Source: Isurus oxyrinchus (lineage: Eukaryota). From it: a stretch of 64,000 nt of DNA. The notes under the pieces were generated by a model, which was given only the letters and a program-made list of their open reading frames with translations, was not told the origin of the DNA and did no database searches. Below are positions 35,300-47,440 of this stretch, one piece after another (position 1 is the stretch's first letter; every line of letters begins with the position of its first letter). The stretch spans positions 496,001 through 560,000 of the forward strand of contig JANJGN010000140.1 in the NCBI GenBank assembly GCA_026770705.1, read 5' to 3'. Position numbers and translations under genes: made by a program.

Positions 35300-35545
35300 C
35301 TCTCTGCCCAACTCCTTTTCTAATCTGATTGACAGTTGTAAGTACGGAATGTTATGCACAGTGGGTTTCAAGTACTTTTTAATGAGTATGCACCCTGCAC
35401 CTCCCCCTGGGAGCTTTGACCCGCCCGGAGCATTCTGCCTTCTGTAACTGGCTGCAGACAGTCGATGTGACATAATCTCTTTTCTCCCTATTTGCAAGCC
35501 CGAAGTCTGAAAGTTATGGCTGTTTAAATATATCCTTACTTGCAC
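35300..35545 (-). pseudogene. Possible IgH V-like relic upstream of the C relics
   Basis: ORF 35258-35545 has QTSGLQIG (cf. KTSGFxLG), KLPGGGAGCI (cf. QxPGxGLEW) and NIPYLQLS (cf. NxxYLQI) in the expected order. Confidence 0.33.
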
Positions 35546-35649
35546 AAAGCTGGACAGAATTCACGACTGAGGTTTACACAAAAGTTTACATAAACAACAG
35601 CAGGGATCAGTGCTCGAAATATTGTTTAAAATAGAGGGATAGCTGTTTT

Positions 35650-35985
35650 TTTATTCATTCACGGGATGTGGACTTCACTGGCTGGACCAGCATTTATTGC
35701 CCTTCCCTAATTGCCCTTGAGAATTCGGTGGTGAGCTGCCTTCTTTAACTGCTGCTGACCGCATGGTGTAGACACACCCACTGTGTTGTTAGGGAGAGAG
35801 TTCCAGGATTTTGATCCAGCGACAGTGAAAGAACAGTGCCATATTTCCAAGTCAGAATGATCAATGACTCGGAGGGGGATCTCTAGGTGGTGATATTCCC
35901 ATCTATCTACTGCCCTTGTCCTTCCAGATGGTAGTGGTCATGGGTTTGGAAATTGCTGTCGAAGAAGCCTTGGTGAATTCCTCTC
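35650..35985 (-). mobile_element. Non-LTR LINE 3' end (same family at 40410-41045 minus and 59535-60120 as an inverted pair)
   Basis: Shared 3' sequence ...CAGCGGTT.AAGAAGGCAGCTCACCACC...GGGCAATTAGGGA.GGGCAATAAATGCTGG. Confidence 0.8.
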
Positions 35986-36523
35986 GGATTGTTTCTCTAG
36001 GTTTGTTCAATTACCTGTTCACTAATAATAGCTATCACCTTTATAATAACACGGTTCTCAAAATCACTGAGACAAAACACAGAATCGTCCTTAGCTCAAT
36101 AGTTAACCGATGCTTGAGGGAAATGTCAGTGGGTCACTGTTCTGACTCTCCTCCCGGACAGGTCAACCTTGTGTTTCCTGGTTAAATGATCAGCCACTGT
36201 TACGCTGGTCCCTAAAGCAGAACCATTCCCCCATTAGGGGCACTAAATATCGCCCTGGGTGATTAAATTCACTGACAGCCAGAACACCACCCTCGGTCTC
36301 TAAAGATGAGCCATTCCCCCTGTAAAAACACTGACCATAGTCCAGTTCTGGGTGTTTACATTCACTGAGGGCTAGCTCACCACCTACCTCTCACAGCACC
36401 ACTGGGGACTGAAGGAAGTGAGGTGAGAACATCCGGAGACACGAAAGCAGATTATTGAGATTGGGGGATTAAAACGAGTGTCTTTAAATATCCAACTCCC
36501 CTTTTACAGAGCGGACAGCGACA

Positions 36524-37004
36524 ATGCAACTACTCAACATCTGGCTTGTGTGGGGACCATTTCTGACAGGTAATTTTGGACAACGCACATTTCATCTTTA
36601 TTTTTCTCATTTCCCACACAGCTTTTAAATGTTCTGATTTTTTTTTTTCTGTTTCAGCATGTTGTTCACATCTAATTCATGGAAATTCTGTAAGAACCGC
36701 TGTCCTCAGATGCAAAGGCAAAAGAGGAAGCAGTGACTTTAAGCTGCAGTTAATATCTGACACAAAGCAGCTATTGGCTATACTGGTACAGGCAACATCT
36801 AGGCGCCCAGCTCCAGTTTATATTGCTGAAATCTACGAGCGATTATGAAGATAAAACAGGTTTTGCCCAAATCCGTTTCTCAGTCAAGCTCCAGACCTTC
36901 GCGAAATTCACTATTTTATCCAATTCAGATCTGCAGTTGACTGATGCTGTCGTGTACTGCTTCTCTGTTAACGATGGAAAAGTCTCACACCTGCGAACAA
37001 ACTC
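36524..37004 (+). pseudogene. TCR delta-like V pseudogene
   Basis: Leader MQLLNIWLVWGPFLT (36524-36569) with TATA-like TTTAAATA upstream; V: EAVTLSCS*YLTQSSYWLYWYRQHLGAQLQFILLKSTSDYEDKTGFAQIRFSVKLQ...SDLQLTDAVVYC; heptamer lost. Confidence 0.9.
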
Positions 37005-37399
37005 TCTTTGTACTGTGGCTCGGACCTCCTGTCCATTTGTGTTTATTTGTACAATCCCGGGCAGATGCAACCACAATGTTCAGCTGTGCTATCAACCGCT
37101 CAAGCACAAACCGAGAGGAAACCACGTTCACCTCGAATCAGACAGTCAGCCAACAGTTTCCAGCAGCGACCGAGAGAACAAACTGCAGATTGAGGATTCC
37201 TGCTGAATAATAGAATCTGCATCGCTCAGATCTGGAACACACGGTTAAAGAAAACAGAAATTAGAGATTAAAAGTTCAACTGAACTGAACTAACGGTGAA
37301 ATTTCGCAAACAATGCTACAGAAAATGATATACAAACTAAACCACAGAAAATAGCACCTTACTCAATATTTCGGTGTTTACAATTCCAGAGAGCCTATC

Positions 37400-37870
37400 C
37401 ATCGTTATCTCACTCTCTCAGCATATCCTCCGATTCCACGCACCCTCTGTGTCCCTTAAATGCATCAGTTCACTTCAGCGCCTGCTGGTGATAGTGATTC
37501 ACGAATTCCATCCCACCTTTGGATAAATAAATTTCTCTTGAACTCTATGTTGGATCTTTCGGTCACTTATATACCCCACAGTTTTGAATTAAGTACAAGT
37601 GGAAACATCTCCATGTCTACCCTTTCAAACTCCATCATTATTAAAAGAACCCTTTTTGGTTACCCATCTGTATTCTCTTTAATATAGGAAAGGAGGCCAG
37701 TCTGTGCAGTGTTTTCTTTAACTCTTACACCTGGCATCGTCAATGTAATGCCTTGCTGAATTGTGTCTATGCCTCTGTAAATTCCTCCCGTAAGGAAGAG
37801 TACAGAATTGCTCACGATAGCTCATGTGTGCTCTAACCAAGATCTGCTGCATTTTTAACATGTACTCCCT
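37400..37870 (-). mobile_element. Old CR1 3' fragment
   Basis: Degenerate CR1 C-terminal and UTR motifs on the minus strand. Confidence 0.55.
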
Positions 37871-38740
37871 TGCTTTTAAATTCATTCATCCGAAAATTAA
37901 ACCCTTTTAAAACTGCTAAATTTCTTACAGACAGTGAATCTCACCCAGATCACAGCGAGAATGGAGACTCGCATCGCTGCTGCACTGGGAATTCAAGAGA
38001 CTTTTTGTGCTTCAGAGATCTGCAGAGTATCGAACAAGAATAATCTGACAGCATTGGCTGAGACTGTTCTGATGTCACTTCCTGCAGAACATAAGACTGG
38101 AGAAGCTGAGATCACTGGATCTGATTGGGACTGATGTCATTTCCATCACCATATGGTGAAAGTCTTTATTACAGAGAACTGAGACTTCAACGTCGCATTC
38201 TGCTGATCAGAGAGAAAGACGGGTAAGTGTACTCAGCTTGATCTCTAATTGACCTGAGAGACAGTGTGAACTTTAATGAACCGGCATGAAGGTCTTCTCA
38301 AAGAAAAAAATACAGGGGTGTGAATGTAGATGGAGATTTTTAGTTATTTGACTCATAATCACAAATTAGACTGAGCTCGTTGACTGTGATGAAGTCGGGT
38401 TTAATCAGCATTCTACTGCGTTCACACAACGAGTAGATCGTAACTTGTAATTCTTGTGTTAGTGGCACACTAAATAGAGCGTGAAAATACACGGGCAATA
38501 AACAAGAGAAATTTCCTATGTATCAGACATTAACAGGTCGGGTTACCAAAAAGATCTGCACAGAGATTCTCCTGCTGAATTTTCGAGTGGATGAATTCTG
38601 CATTTGAACTCACCTACTCAGAGTTGATGGGAGTTGCCTTGTGAACAGATTGCCTGGTGGCTTTACTTGGAGAAGAACGTGCATTCCCTGTATATCGCTA
38701 CACAGTCCGCTGCTCAATTCACTTTGAAATATTGCAGCAC

Positions 38741-38779
38741 TGTTTTTGTACGGCGCCCCTTCTGGTCCCTGTCACTGTG
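38741..38779 (-). promoter_or_regulatory. Intact 23-RSS of the apparently functional V
   Basis: CACAGTG-ACAGGGACCAGAAGGGGCGCCGT (23)-ACAAAAACA. Confidence 0.95.
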
Positions 38780-39296
38780 TCTCTCAGTCCGCAGTAATAC
38801 ACCGGGCTGTCAGACAGCCGCAGGTCACTGATGGTGAAATTCCCCTCACTTTTCGAAGTGTCGAGAGATCCAGAAAATCGAGTCCCCACGTCCCTTGCCC
38901 TGAAAACATTTGCATAATTCGGGATGTAGATTAAGAATGTGGGGGCTTTACCCCAGTGCTGACAGTATAACTGTAAGGAATATCTAGTAGCAATGGTGGA
39001 ATAGCTGTAATGAATGGTCAGCGAGTTTCCTTCAAACTGCATCTCTGCATCTGACCCACGTGAGACCGAGTCTGCACCACTTACTCCTGCAGAAATTAAA
39101 AATTAAGGAACTTTAAGATTTTATTACTTTATCCCAGTTTATTAGGTTAAGTGAGGGAACACATTCTAAATAGGAATAAGACTGAATTAAAAAAAAAATA
39201 TTAATGTTACCTGCAAGAGGAAATCCTATAACTAGTAGACTTACCGGGTAAGAGAGCTGCAACTGTGAGAAATGAATAAAAAATAAAACCCAACAT
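38780..39296 (-). CDS. Apparently functional TCR alpha/delta V gene segment, non-canonical (no Cys23, no Trp41)
   Basis: Leader exon 39296-39245 MLGFIFYSFLTVAALLP, GT-AG intron, in-frame V exon 39086-38780 GVSGADSVSRGSDAEMQFEGNSLTIHYSYSTIATRYSLQLYCQHWGKAPTFLIYIPNYANVFRARDVGTRFSGSLDTSKSEGNFTISDLRLSDSPVYYCGLRD; near-consensus RSS. Confidence 0.88.
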
Positions 39297-39824
39297 ATTT
39301 ACAGCGAGCTAATGGCGGATTGAAACAGGACAGGTTGAATCTGTAAATGTTTCAGTGAAGGGTTGGGATGATTTTCATTTGTACTCGGTCTCTTCAGCCA
39401 TTGGTTAATTTCTGAAAGTCTCAAGAAGTGGTGTCCAATCAGCTGCACACACGTTGTTTGCGTCAGAGCGTGGTGCAGCAAATCAGCGAAGTCTTCGTCC
39501 CCCCCAAGGGGACTGAGCCGAGGATTGAACTGAATTCTGGATCACTCGCAGAGTCAGTGTAAAGTGGTGGCAGTGAGGGGGAATAGTTAATGTTCTCTTT
39601 AATGTTGTCCACAATGCCGGAGACTCGCATTAAAAGATCTGCTCACTGACCATGGGAAATTCGCACAGCTGATATTAATTGGAATATTAAACAGATGGAC
39701 AATAATGGGGTCTGCAACACAGAAATGTGCAATTTCACATAACTAGTCTTTACTTTGGTTTCTGTTCCGTTAACAGTTCAGGGTCAAAACTGATTCAATG
39801 AAAAAAAAGTGAGAGTTTTCTGTG

Positions 39825-40287
39825 GCTTCTTGTGCGGTCTGACAGCGTCTCGCTAACACAGAGGCTCAGCGCACAGAGATAGACGGTAGAGACAGAAACT
39901 AGAGAACTGGGAACTGTTCAGCATCAGTTTTTTTGTCTGCCTAAAACAGCAGAGAACAGGTCGAGGTAATCTCGAGAATTATCTCTCCGTCCCTTCCCGA
40001 AGCTCTTCATTAAATACCGAGGAACTGCCCCGGGATACTGGACATATCAGTAGAGATAGGAATTACGACAGAACGTGGAACATCTGCAGTTAATATCAGG
40101 GTCTGTCCTTCTTGAACCGTTAATTTTGGCGGTTCCTGAGCCACTAAATTTTTGCCACTCGTTCCTGTAACAAAAACACAAAAGATTTCAGAATTCTGCG
40201 AGTAAGTATAACTAATAGAACAGAAACTCGTCATTTAACAACAGGTAGAACGGCTATTCTTGTCAATAACAAATATGGGGAGCACAT
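39825..40287 (-). pseudogene. TCR alpha/delta V pseudogene
   Basis: Leader MCSPYLLLTRIAVLP (donor mutated); exon from 40164 GTSGKNLVAQEPPKLTVQEGQTL/INCRCSTFCRNSYLY*YVQYPG...VYLCALS; RSS CTCTGTG-23-ACAAGAAGC. Confidence 0.88.
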
Positions 40288-43200
40288 GATGCCTCGTGTA
40301 TACAATGCTAGAGAATAACAGATTTATTAAATCGGATGACTCTTCCGCTCTGACATTAACAAGTACATTCAGAGAAAGGGGTATATGCTTATTGTGAGAA
40401 CTTTTTTCTATCCTTTCATGGCATGTGGGTGTCGCTGGCTGGGTCCGCCTTTATTGCACATCCCTACTTGTCCTTGAGAAGGTGATGATGAGCTGTCTTC
40501 TTGAACCGCTGCAGTCCATGTGGTGTAGGTACACCCACAGTGCTGTTAGGGAGGGAATTCCAGCGTTTGTACCCAGCGACAATGAAGGAACGGTGATATA
40601 TTTCGAAGTCAGAATGGCGAGTGACTTGGAGGAATATTTCCAATTAGTGGCGTTCCCTTCAATTTGCTGCCCTTGTCCTTCTAGGTGGCAGTGGTCGTGG
40701 ATTTGGAATGGGCTGTCGAATGAGCCTTGGGGAATTTCTGCAACGCATCTTGTAGATGATGCACACTGCTGACACTGTGCGCTGGTAGTGGAGGTAGTGA
40801 ATGTTTGTGCATGTGGTACCAATAAAGCGGGCTACTTTGTCCTGGACAGTGTCAAGTGTCTTGAGTGTTGTGGGAGCAGCCCTTATCTAGGCAAGTGGGG
40901 AGTATTCCATCTCACTTTTGACTTGTGACCTATAAATGGTGTACAGGCTTTGGGGAGCCAGGAGGTGGATTACTCGCCGCACAATTCCAGCCACTGACCT
41001 CCCCTTGTAGCCATTGTATTTATATGGCTAGTCCAGTTCAGTTTCTGGGGCTTTTCTCTTTGTCAAGGTTGGCTGGTCTCCCAGAACCGCCTACAAATAT
41101 ACGCCAACCAGTGCTAGTTGTGGGCCAATTATTGATGTCTCTTGCCCAAACTTTCCCTTGCCTAGCTGCATGAGTGAGACTCTGTCTATCTGTTTGTCTC
41201 TCACTCACTGTGTCTGTCCAATCTTCGGTGTCAATCCATCTCGTTAACACTTCCTCTATCTTCCTTTGACTTTATGCTTGCAGCTCTCTCTCCTCCTCCC
41301 CTTCACTTCCTCCCCATCGCTCTCTCTTTCTCTCTTTCTCTCTTCTCCCTCACTCCCCATCTTTCTATCTGTCGTGCTTTCACTCATTTTGCTTAACCAT
41401 TTGGGTTTCTCTTGAATCTTTCTCTCAGCAGACTTCTTTCAGTGCTTCTCCCTTTATCTCGGTCTTATTCTGTCTGTTTAACACGTAGTTTTTCTTTCTT
41501 CCCCTCTCTCTCTATCCCCTCATCCAATCCCCCACGCTCTCTATTCGCTGACATTTGAAGCGGAAAATAATGACAATCGTTCGGATTCCCTGTCAGAACT
41601 GCCACAGCTGATGAGCTCCATTACCAATCAAAGCGGGAGGAGATTGAGGGGCACGGTTAAGTGAGCATGACTGTGGCTGGTGAGGTATCTTTTAAAATAT
41701 CACCTGAAGTCTTTGCAGCACACCCAAAAACTGACTCGTGCAGCAACTGATTCTGTTATTCATTCCGAAATCTACAGGTCTCTGCTAACACTACGGTTTG
41801 AAATATCCGAACTTGACCGTAATTTAAAATGATTGAGAAATTACACTTTTCCTTATTCTGAAAATAATGATATTAGCCAGAGAATCCCGATAGGATCAGG
41901 ACGTATTTTCTCCTGTATTTTCTATGTAAATTCCCAGGTATCATTCTGACGCGACTTCTGGCTTTGGATGGGACACTGAATCCCCGTTACCCATCTCTGA
42001 TAATAAACAGAGGACAAACAACGGGTTTAACGAAGCAGTCACCTTGGGGTGAATTTGGGAAATTATGCAGTTATGGGGAAATATTGTAGAGAAGTCCCAA
42101 TATCACAGACTAATGGTCAGAGCAATAACCAAAAATAGGCAGAACTTCGCTTCCGTGGTGCCAGCCTGAGCTCCAGAATCTGAAACTTTAATCACCTGGG
42201 GGAAAATAAAACTGTAACGTCGCCGAGATCTGAGCAGATAAGTGCGAATTTCTTCCATTTGCATCTCGCTGAACAGCCACTTCCTGTAGCTGGGGATCTT
42301 GATCATTATCAAGTGATGAGAGAGCGCCCTCCGCCGGACAGCACAAGCCTCACCGAGAAAGTTGGAAACCCGCACAGATGCAGACGGATAAATATACATT
42401 TACACATAAGCGCGTACAGAGAGATAGACACAGTCGATCACCACACAAGAGGTTGCTGTTGCTTTAATTGGCAAAGTGCATAAACCGTGGAAGGGTAATT
42501 TGCCTCACATCATCACAAGAGGCTCATTCGTGATTTTGGCGTTAACACTGCCACATACCAATTTCAATGTCATAAGGTACTGGCGGACGAGACAGCCGTT
42601 TAACCCATCTTAATTTGTTCTTCCAGGCAACCCAGAACCCCTACAATTCCCCCCCAGTTATTACTAAAGAAATTCTCTGGTTTTGGACTCTGTAATTTAA
42701 AGCGAAGGCTTTTTCATCCGGCTTTCAGTCTCTGTGCGACCAACAATCAGTTGGTAATAGTGCTAACAAAACTGGTTTTGTTTTTCCTCTCAACACAAAC
42801 TCTTCAAACTGAAGAATCAGCCTCCTGCATCACCCCTGCACTACCGCCAAGCTTCAATAACCTCATTCGTACTTGGCAGAGGTAACTAAAAACGGTGTTC
42901 ATGGAGTATGGTCCGACTACGCCTTGCTACTTTTCATTCAGGGCTTCCTTTGACTTGTGTCCTTGTTGGCTGGATGTTAAACATCCCATTGGTATTGCTC
43001 ACTTCCCTACTGAATTCTCTGCCCACATGGGGCATGTTTTCAGTGAGATACACCAAACAAGGCGGGCGACATTTTTGAAGTGTCAAGTAGTGATGTCCAG
43101 ACATTGGAGCGTTCACTTGCAGATGGACAATAAGGACCAGAATTACCATCAACGCCCGAATATACCGAGGATGCATGTTTTTATTGTTAGTTAAACATAA

Positions 43201-44788
43201 TTTTTATCATTTACTCTCTCTTCATAATGAAATAGATAAAAAGGCAATATCTACAATATTTAACCGTATTTACCACTTCAGCTAAGTGCCTCACGTAGCA
43301 GCTAACCCCTCCACAGTAAAGTAAATTTTTAAAATAGGACATTTCAGGATCTGATATCGAGTTTGACAGATTCGACTTACCAAACTTACTCGAAAAACCA
43401 GTAGGTGGCGCGTCTGCCCATTCGGTCTCTTCCTGCAAATAGAGGAAAGAAAGGACAATTAGTGAACGCCAGAAGAATAAATGAGAAAATGGTCCAAAGT
43501 GCAACCAAACATTTCTGTCTGTCTAAAAAAAAACACAAAATGTAAAGTAAATGAAATGCGAGAGGAACTAAGAAATAGATATTAATCTAAACCAGTAGAG
43601 GACGAGAAATAATTCAGGATTCAGATGCTGAACGTGGGGAACAAGCTGCTGATTGCTTTAAAGAGCTAAATAATCCGAGGTTGTAAACAGGGATGTGGAA
43701 TGTAGAACACAAAAAGACAAGGATAAAGCTGCACTTATCATTGCTGAGAACACAGTTCAAACACTTGGGCCAGTTTCAGATCTCCTCTTTCGCTTGGTGT
43801 TAACCTGAAAATCAGAGTGTAGGACTGAGTGAGAAAGATAAAGCAAGGCGAGGGATGCTAATACAAATACTTGAGCTACTGGCGATCTTTTCACCATGAG
43901 AGGGAATGTTAAGAACTGGTCTGACAGACTTATGTCCAATGCAGGAAGGTTTTAAAAGGTCAGAAAAGAATAGCGTTAATCCGGCTTTTCGCTCAGTGGG
44001 TAACTGGATGCCGTCATTTCAGGTTATCGAGTGTCGATTATTTATGTAGTTTGAGCAGTGCACTGTTAGAAGATATGATTGTCCATGAGAAACAGTGATG
44101 GAGGCAGAATTTTTAAGTATTATTTAAAGAGGAAATGGATAAATATTTGTTCAGTAAAAGGGAATTTAAGAAGACAAAACTTGCAGACCACTGGCAGATA
44201 ATTAAGAGTAAATGGATAACTCTTCCAGAGATTCAGCACATGGATGGTGAGCCGAATTGCCCTTCTTTTTGCTGGAAGACTCTATGATTCTAAAATGGCG
44301 AATGGGTCTTTTCAGTTAGAAAGACAACAGAGAACAAATCTTATGAAACGATTTAACCCGTTGATACACCGGAAGCAGAGAAATTCGTGAGTTGTGACAG
44401 TTCAAGTGGTCTCTGGTTTGAGAAACTACCAATCGCTCAGTGGCACCGTGAGTTCCGTCAGATAACATCCCATAACAGTCCAATCGGTGCGAATGTCGCC
44501 CAGCAGTTTCCCGCGGTACGAGGAGAATGTAAAGCTCTCCCGTCTCCTCGTCCTCCCCTCCCCACCACTGAGGGTCCTGGGCTCGGCAGCCAGCATCACT
44601 CTGCAAATCAGACCCTGATTGATCCGCCTTTTGCCCATCCTCATCGTCATGAACAGAAATTCCCTCAAAAGCCTGTTTCCAGTTGAAGCCCGGTTGCAGT
44701 TGATATTGTGTCAGTTTCTTTATCTCACCATTTTTTTATAATGTCTTAATACCGTTAAGTTTGTGAGTGACTTTTCTTTTGTTCACAG

Positions 44789-45058
44789 TGTTCAGTGTGA
44801 GGATCAGAGCTCCTACCCTGAGCAGGTGTTATTTCGGGAAGGGGAACGGATTGAACTGGATTATCGGCTCTCGGTTGCCTAGTACAGACAAACACCGACA
44901 GAGGCTGCGAAATTTATCGCCTCTATTTACCAGGGGAATATGTCCAAAGGACGCTACACACTGTCCTTTGACCGAGTTAAGACGTTCAATACCATGTCTA
45001 TAGTTAGCACTGCGGCCCAGGGCGTCAGAGTTTGTTGCTGTGCAATGGGGACACAGTG
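44789..45058 (+). pseudogene. TCR alpha-like V pseudogene
   Basis: VQCEDQSSYPEQVLFREGERIELDY...*YRQTPTEAAKFIASIYQGNMSKGRYTLSFDRVKTFNTMSIVSTAAQGVRVCCCAMG; CACAGTG at 45052-58. Confidence 0.82.
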
Positions 45059-45469
45059 AGACAAAGTCAGATTCTACTTTCCAATGACTTTTTCACTGCC
45101 GTGTGTCCGCTGCACCGTTAACCTTTCCCGAACCCAGGACTTTTAGAAATGCTGGTGATATTCAGGAATGTTACGTTCCCATGTTTAAAATTAAAGTTAC
45201 AACATCCTATAGCTGGTGTTACAGCTATAGATTATCGAAACATATTAAGTAAACATTCTATGTGTGGTTGTTCAACTTAGAAAATGATAAGACAGACAGA
45301 AAAATAACTCTTGCCCTCAGATACTTAGATTGATAGAGATGCGGGAGAAAGTTAGAAACACACGAAATAAATATATAGACAGACAGTTGGATAAGTCGAT
45401 AGATATACAGGGAGACAGGCAGGCACACAGAAAGTAAGGCAGGCGAATAGATCGAAGGATGAATAGTTA

Positions 45470-45791
45470 NNNNNNNNNNNNNNNNNNNNNNNNNNNNNNN
45501 NNNNNNNNNNNNNNNNNNNNNNNNNNNNNNNNNNNNNNNNNNNNNNNNNNNNNNNNNNNNNNNNNNNNNNNNNNNNNNNNNNNNNNNNNNNNNNNNNNNN
45601 NNNNNNNNNNNNNNNNNNNNNNNNNNNNNNNNNNNNNNNNNNNNNNNNNNNNNNNNNNNNNNNNNNNNNNNNNNNNNNNNNNNNNNNNNNNNNNNNNNNN
45701 NNNNNNNNNNNNNNNNNNNNNNNNNNNNNNNNNNNNNNNNNNNNNNNNNNNNNNNNNNNNNNNNNNNNNNNNNNNNNNNNNNNNNNNNNNN
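45470..45791. other. Assembly gap or masked run (N)
   Basis: N run. Confidence 1.
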
Positions 45792-45859
45792 ATCTGCAAA
45801 CACTTTATTTACTTCTGCTTGCATATATCATTAATTTAATGTTACTCTTGTTTTGGCAG

Positions 45860-46093
45860 CTGCTCTTGTCACAAGGAGACATTTCAGATATCGACGTATC
45901 GGGCCAGAACTCGTATTCTGGTGCTGGCAATTCTCCAATTAAGCTCCCGAGTATCTTGTCTTCACATACAGAGATGAATTGGCAGAAGGTTCACAGTATC
46001 TGTGAACCGTGAGGTAGCCTCCACCACTTTCACTGTTAACACGACTCAACTGCCAAGACTCTATGTTATGTTACAGTGAAGTGAGATACCGTG
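45860..46093 (+). pseudogene. TCR V relic
   Basis: LVFWCWQFSN*APEYLVF...RFTVSVNREVASTTFTVNTTQL..DSMLCYSEVR; heptamer-like TACCGTG at 46087-93. Confidence 0.6.
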
Positions 46094-46374
46094 AAACGAA
46101 GAGCATTTATGAGCATATATGAACAAGGAGCATATATGAGAACTTACTGGGCATGGGGACTGAGGAGACAACAAGTCACGGGCTTCAGGTGTGAGAGACA
46201 CACAAGCCTTTAGAAATGTAATTTCGATGTGTAAAGTACACCATCTCAGTAATTCAATAGAATAACATATTATTTCAGATGATTTAGAAGATACAAGTTA
46301 ATTAATTTCACAACTTCGCGCGTAATCCGTGCTCATCAAACCAGAATATCTCCACATTCATTCGTGGTGAGTGG

Positions 46375-46625
46375 ACTAGGTGTCTTTGATGGTAGAGTGT
46401 AGAGGGAGATTCACCCTGCAGCTCATCCCTGTTCTATCTGTCCTATAATTGTTTTTAGGACAGTGCAGAGGTAGATTTTATTCTGTATTTAACCCATGCA
46501 GTAGTGACTCTTGATAAGAGTGTTTGAGTAGTGCAGAATGAGATTTATTTTGTATCATAACCGCGGAGCACCTGTCCTGTCAGTGTTTTATAGGGTAGTG
46601 TGGAGGGAGAATTTCTCGGTGAGTA
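46375..46625. repeat. Degenerate ~65-bp satellite (GACAGTGTAGAGGGAG.TTTA.TCTGTAT.TAACC type)
   Basis: About four diverged units. Confidence 0.65.
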
Positions 46626-47078
46626 ACTAATGATGACCCTGAGTGACATGCTTGGCTAGTGAACAGCACGTACGCACGCATACACACACATACACACACA
46701 AACAGAGAAATAACAAATACCCATCTCCCGTAATTGATGGACCTATTCAACTTTGTGTCCACCTTTGATGCTTAATGAATTGGTCAGGCTGATTTTTTTT
46801 AACCAAATTGCAACCTAACCTTATAATGGTGGAAACATTAAGGAGAATGCAAATGAGCATATATTGTCTTAGTTAATTGGGCACATAAGAGAACTGAGAC
46901 AAATAATCTCACAACTGATGTAAACGAGCAACGGCAGCGAATGGAAAAGAATACGTAGAGAAGTTATAATAACAGTATAATCAAAGTAATAACATTCATT
47001 ACAGTCTCACGTAATAACAGTTCAGCAAATTCATGCAGCAATATTCGTGTCGAAATTCAGAGTCATTGTTTTCCGCAG

Positions 47079-47223
47079 GTTGGCGCTCCAGCATTTCACC
47101 TTTGGTGAAAACGTGCCGAAGCACCCGTTTACTGGTGCCAGGGAGATAACAGGAAACATCATTGTTCCGTGACACTTCACTTCATACAATGGTATATTCA
47201 GGCCAAGAGCTCGTACATAATTT
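47079..47223 (+). pseudogene. Internally deleted V relic with RSS remnant
   Basis: Acceptor TTTTCCGCAG, YWCQ (cf. YWYQ), then TACAATG-23-ACATAATTT. Confidence 0.42.
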
Positions 47224-47227
47224 GCAG

Positions 47228-47365
47228 TTGGGGTGAATCTTTTAACAATCTCCGAGAAGGAAGCGGGATTAGTCCCTTATTGTGAGCGCCGAACGTTGCA
47301 CTATTTAGAGACAAATGTGGTGGTGTGAAAGTCTACTAATTCACGCTGGCGTTGTGCCCTACCAA

Positions 47366-47440
<75 letters not shown>

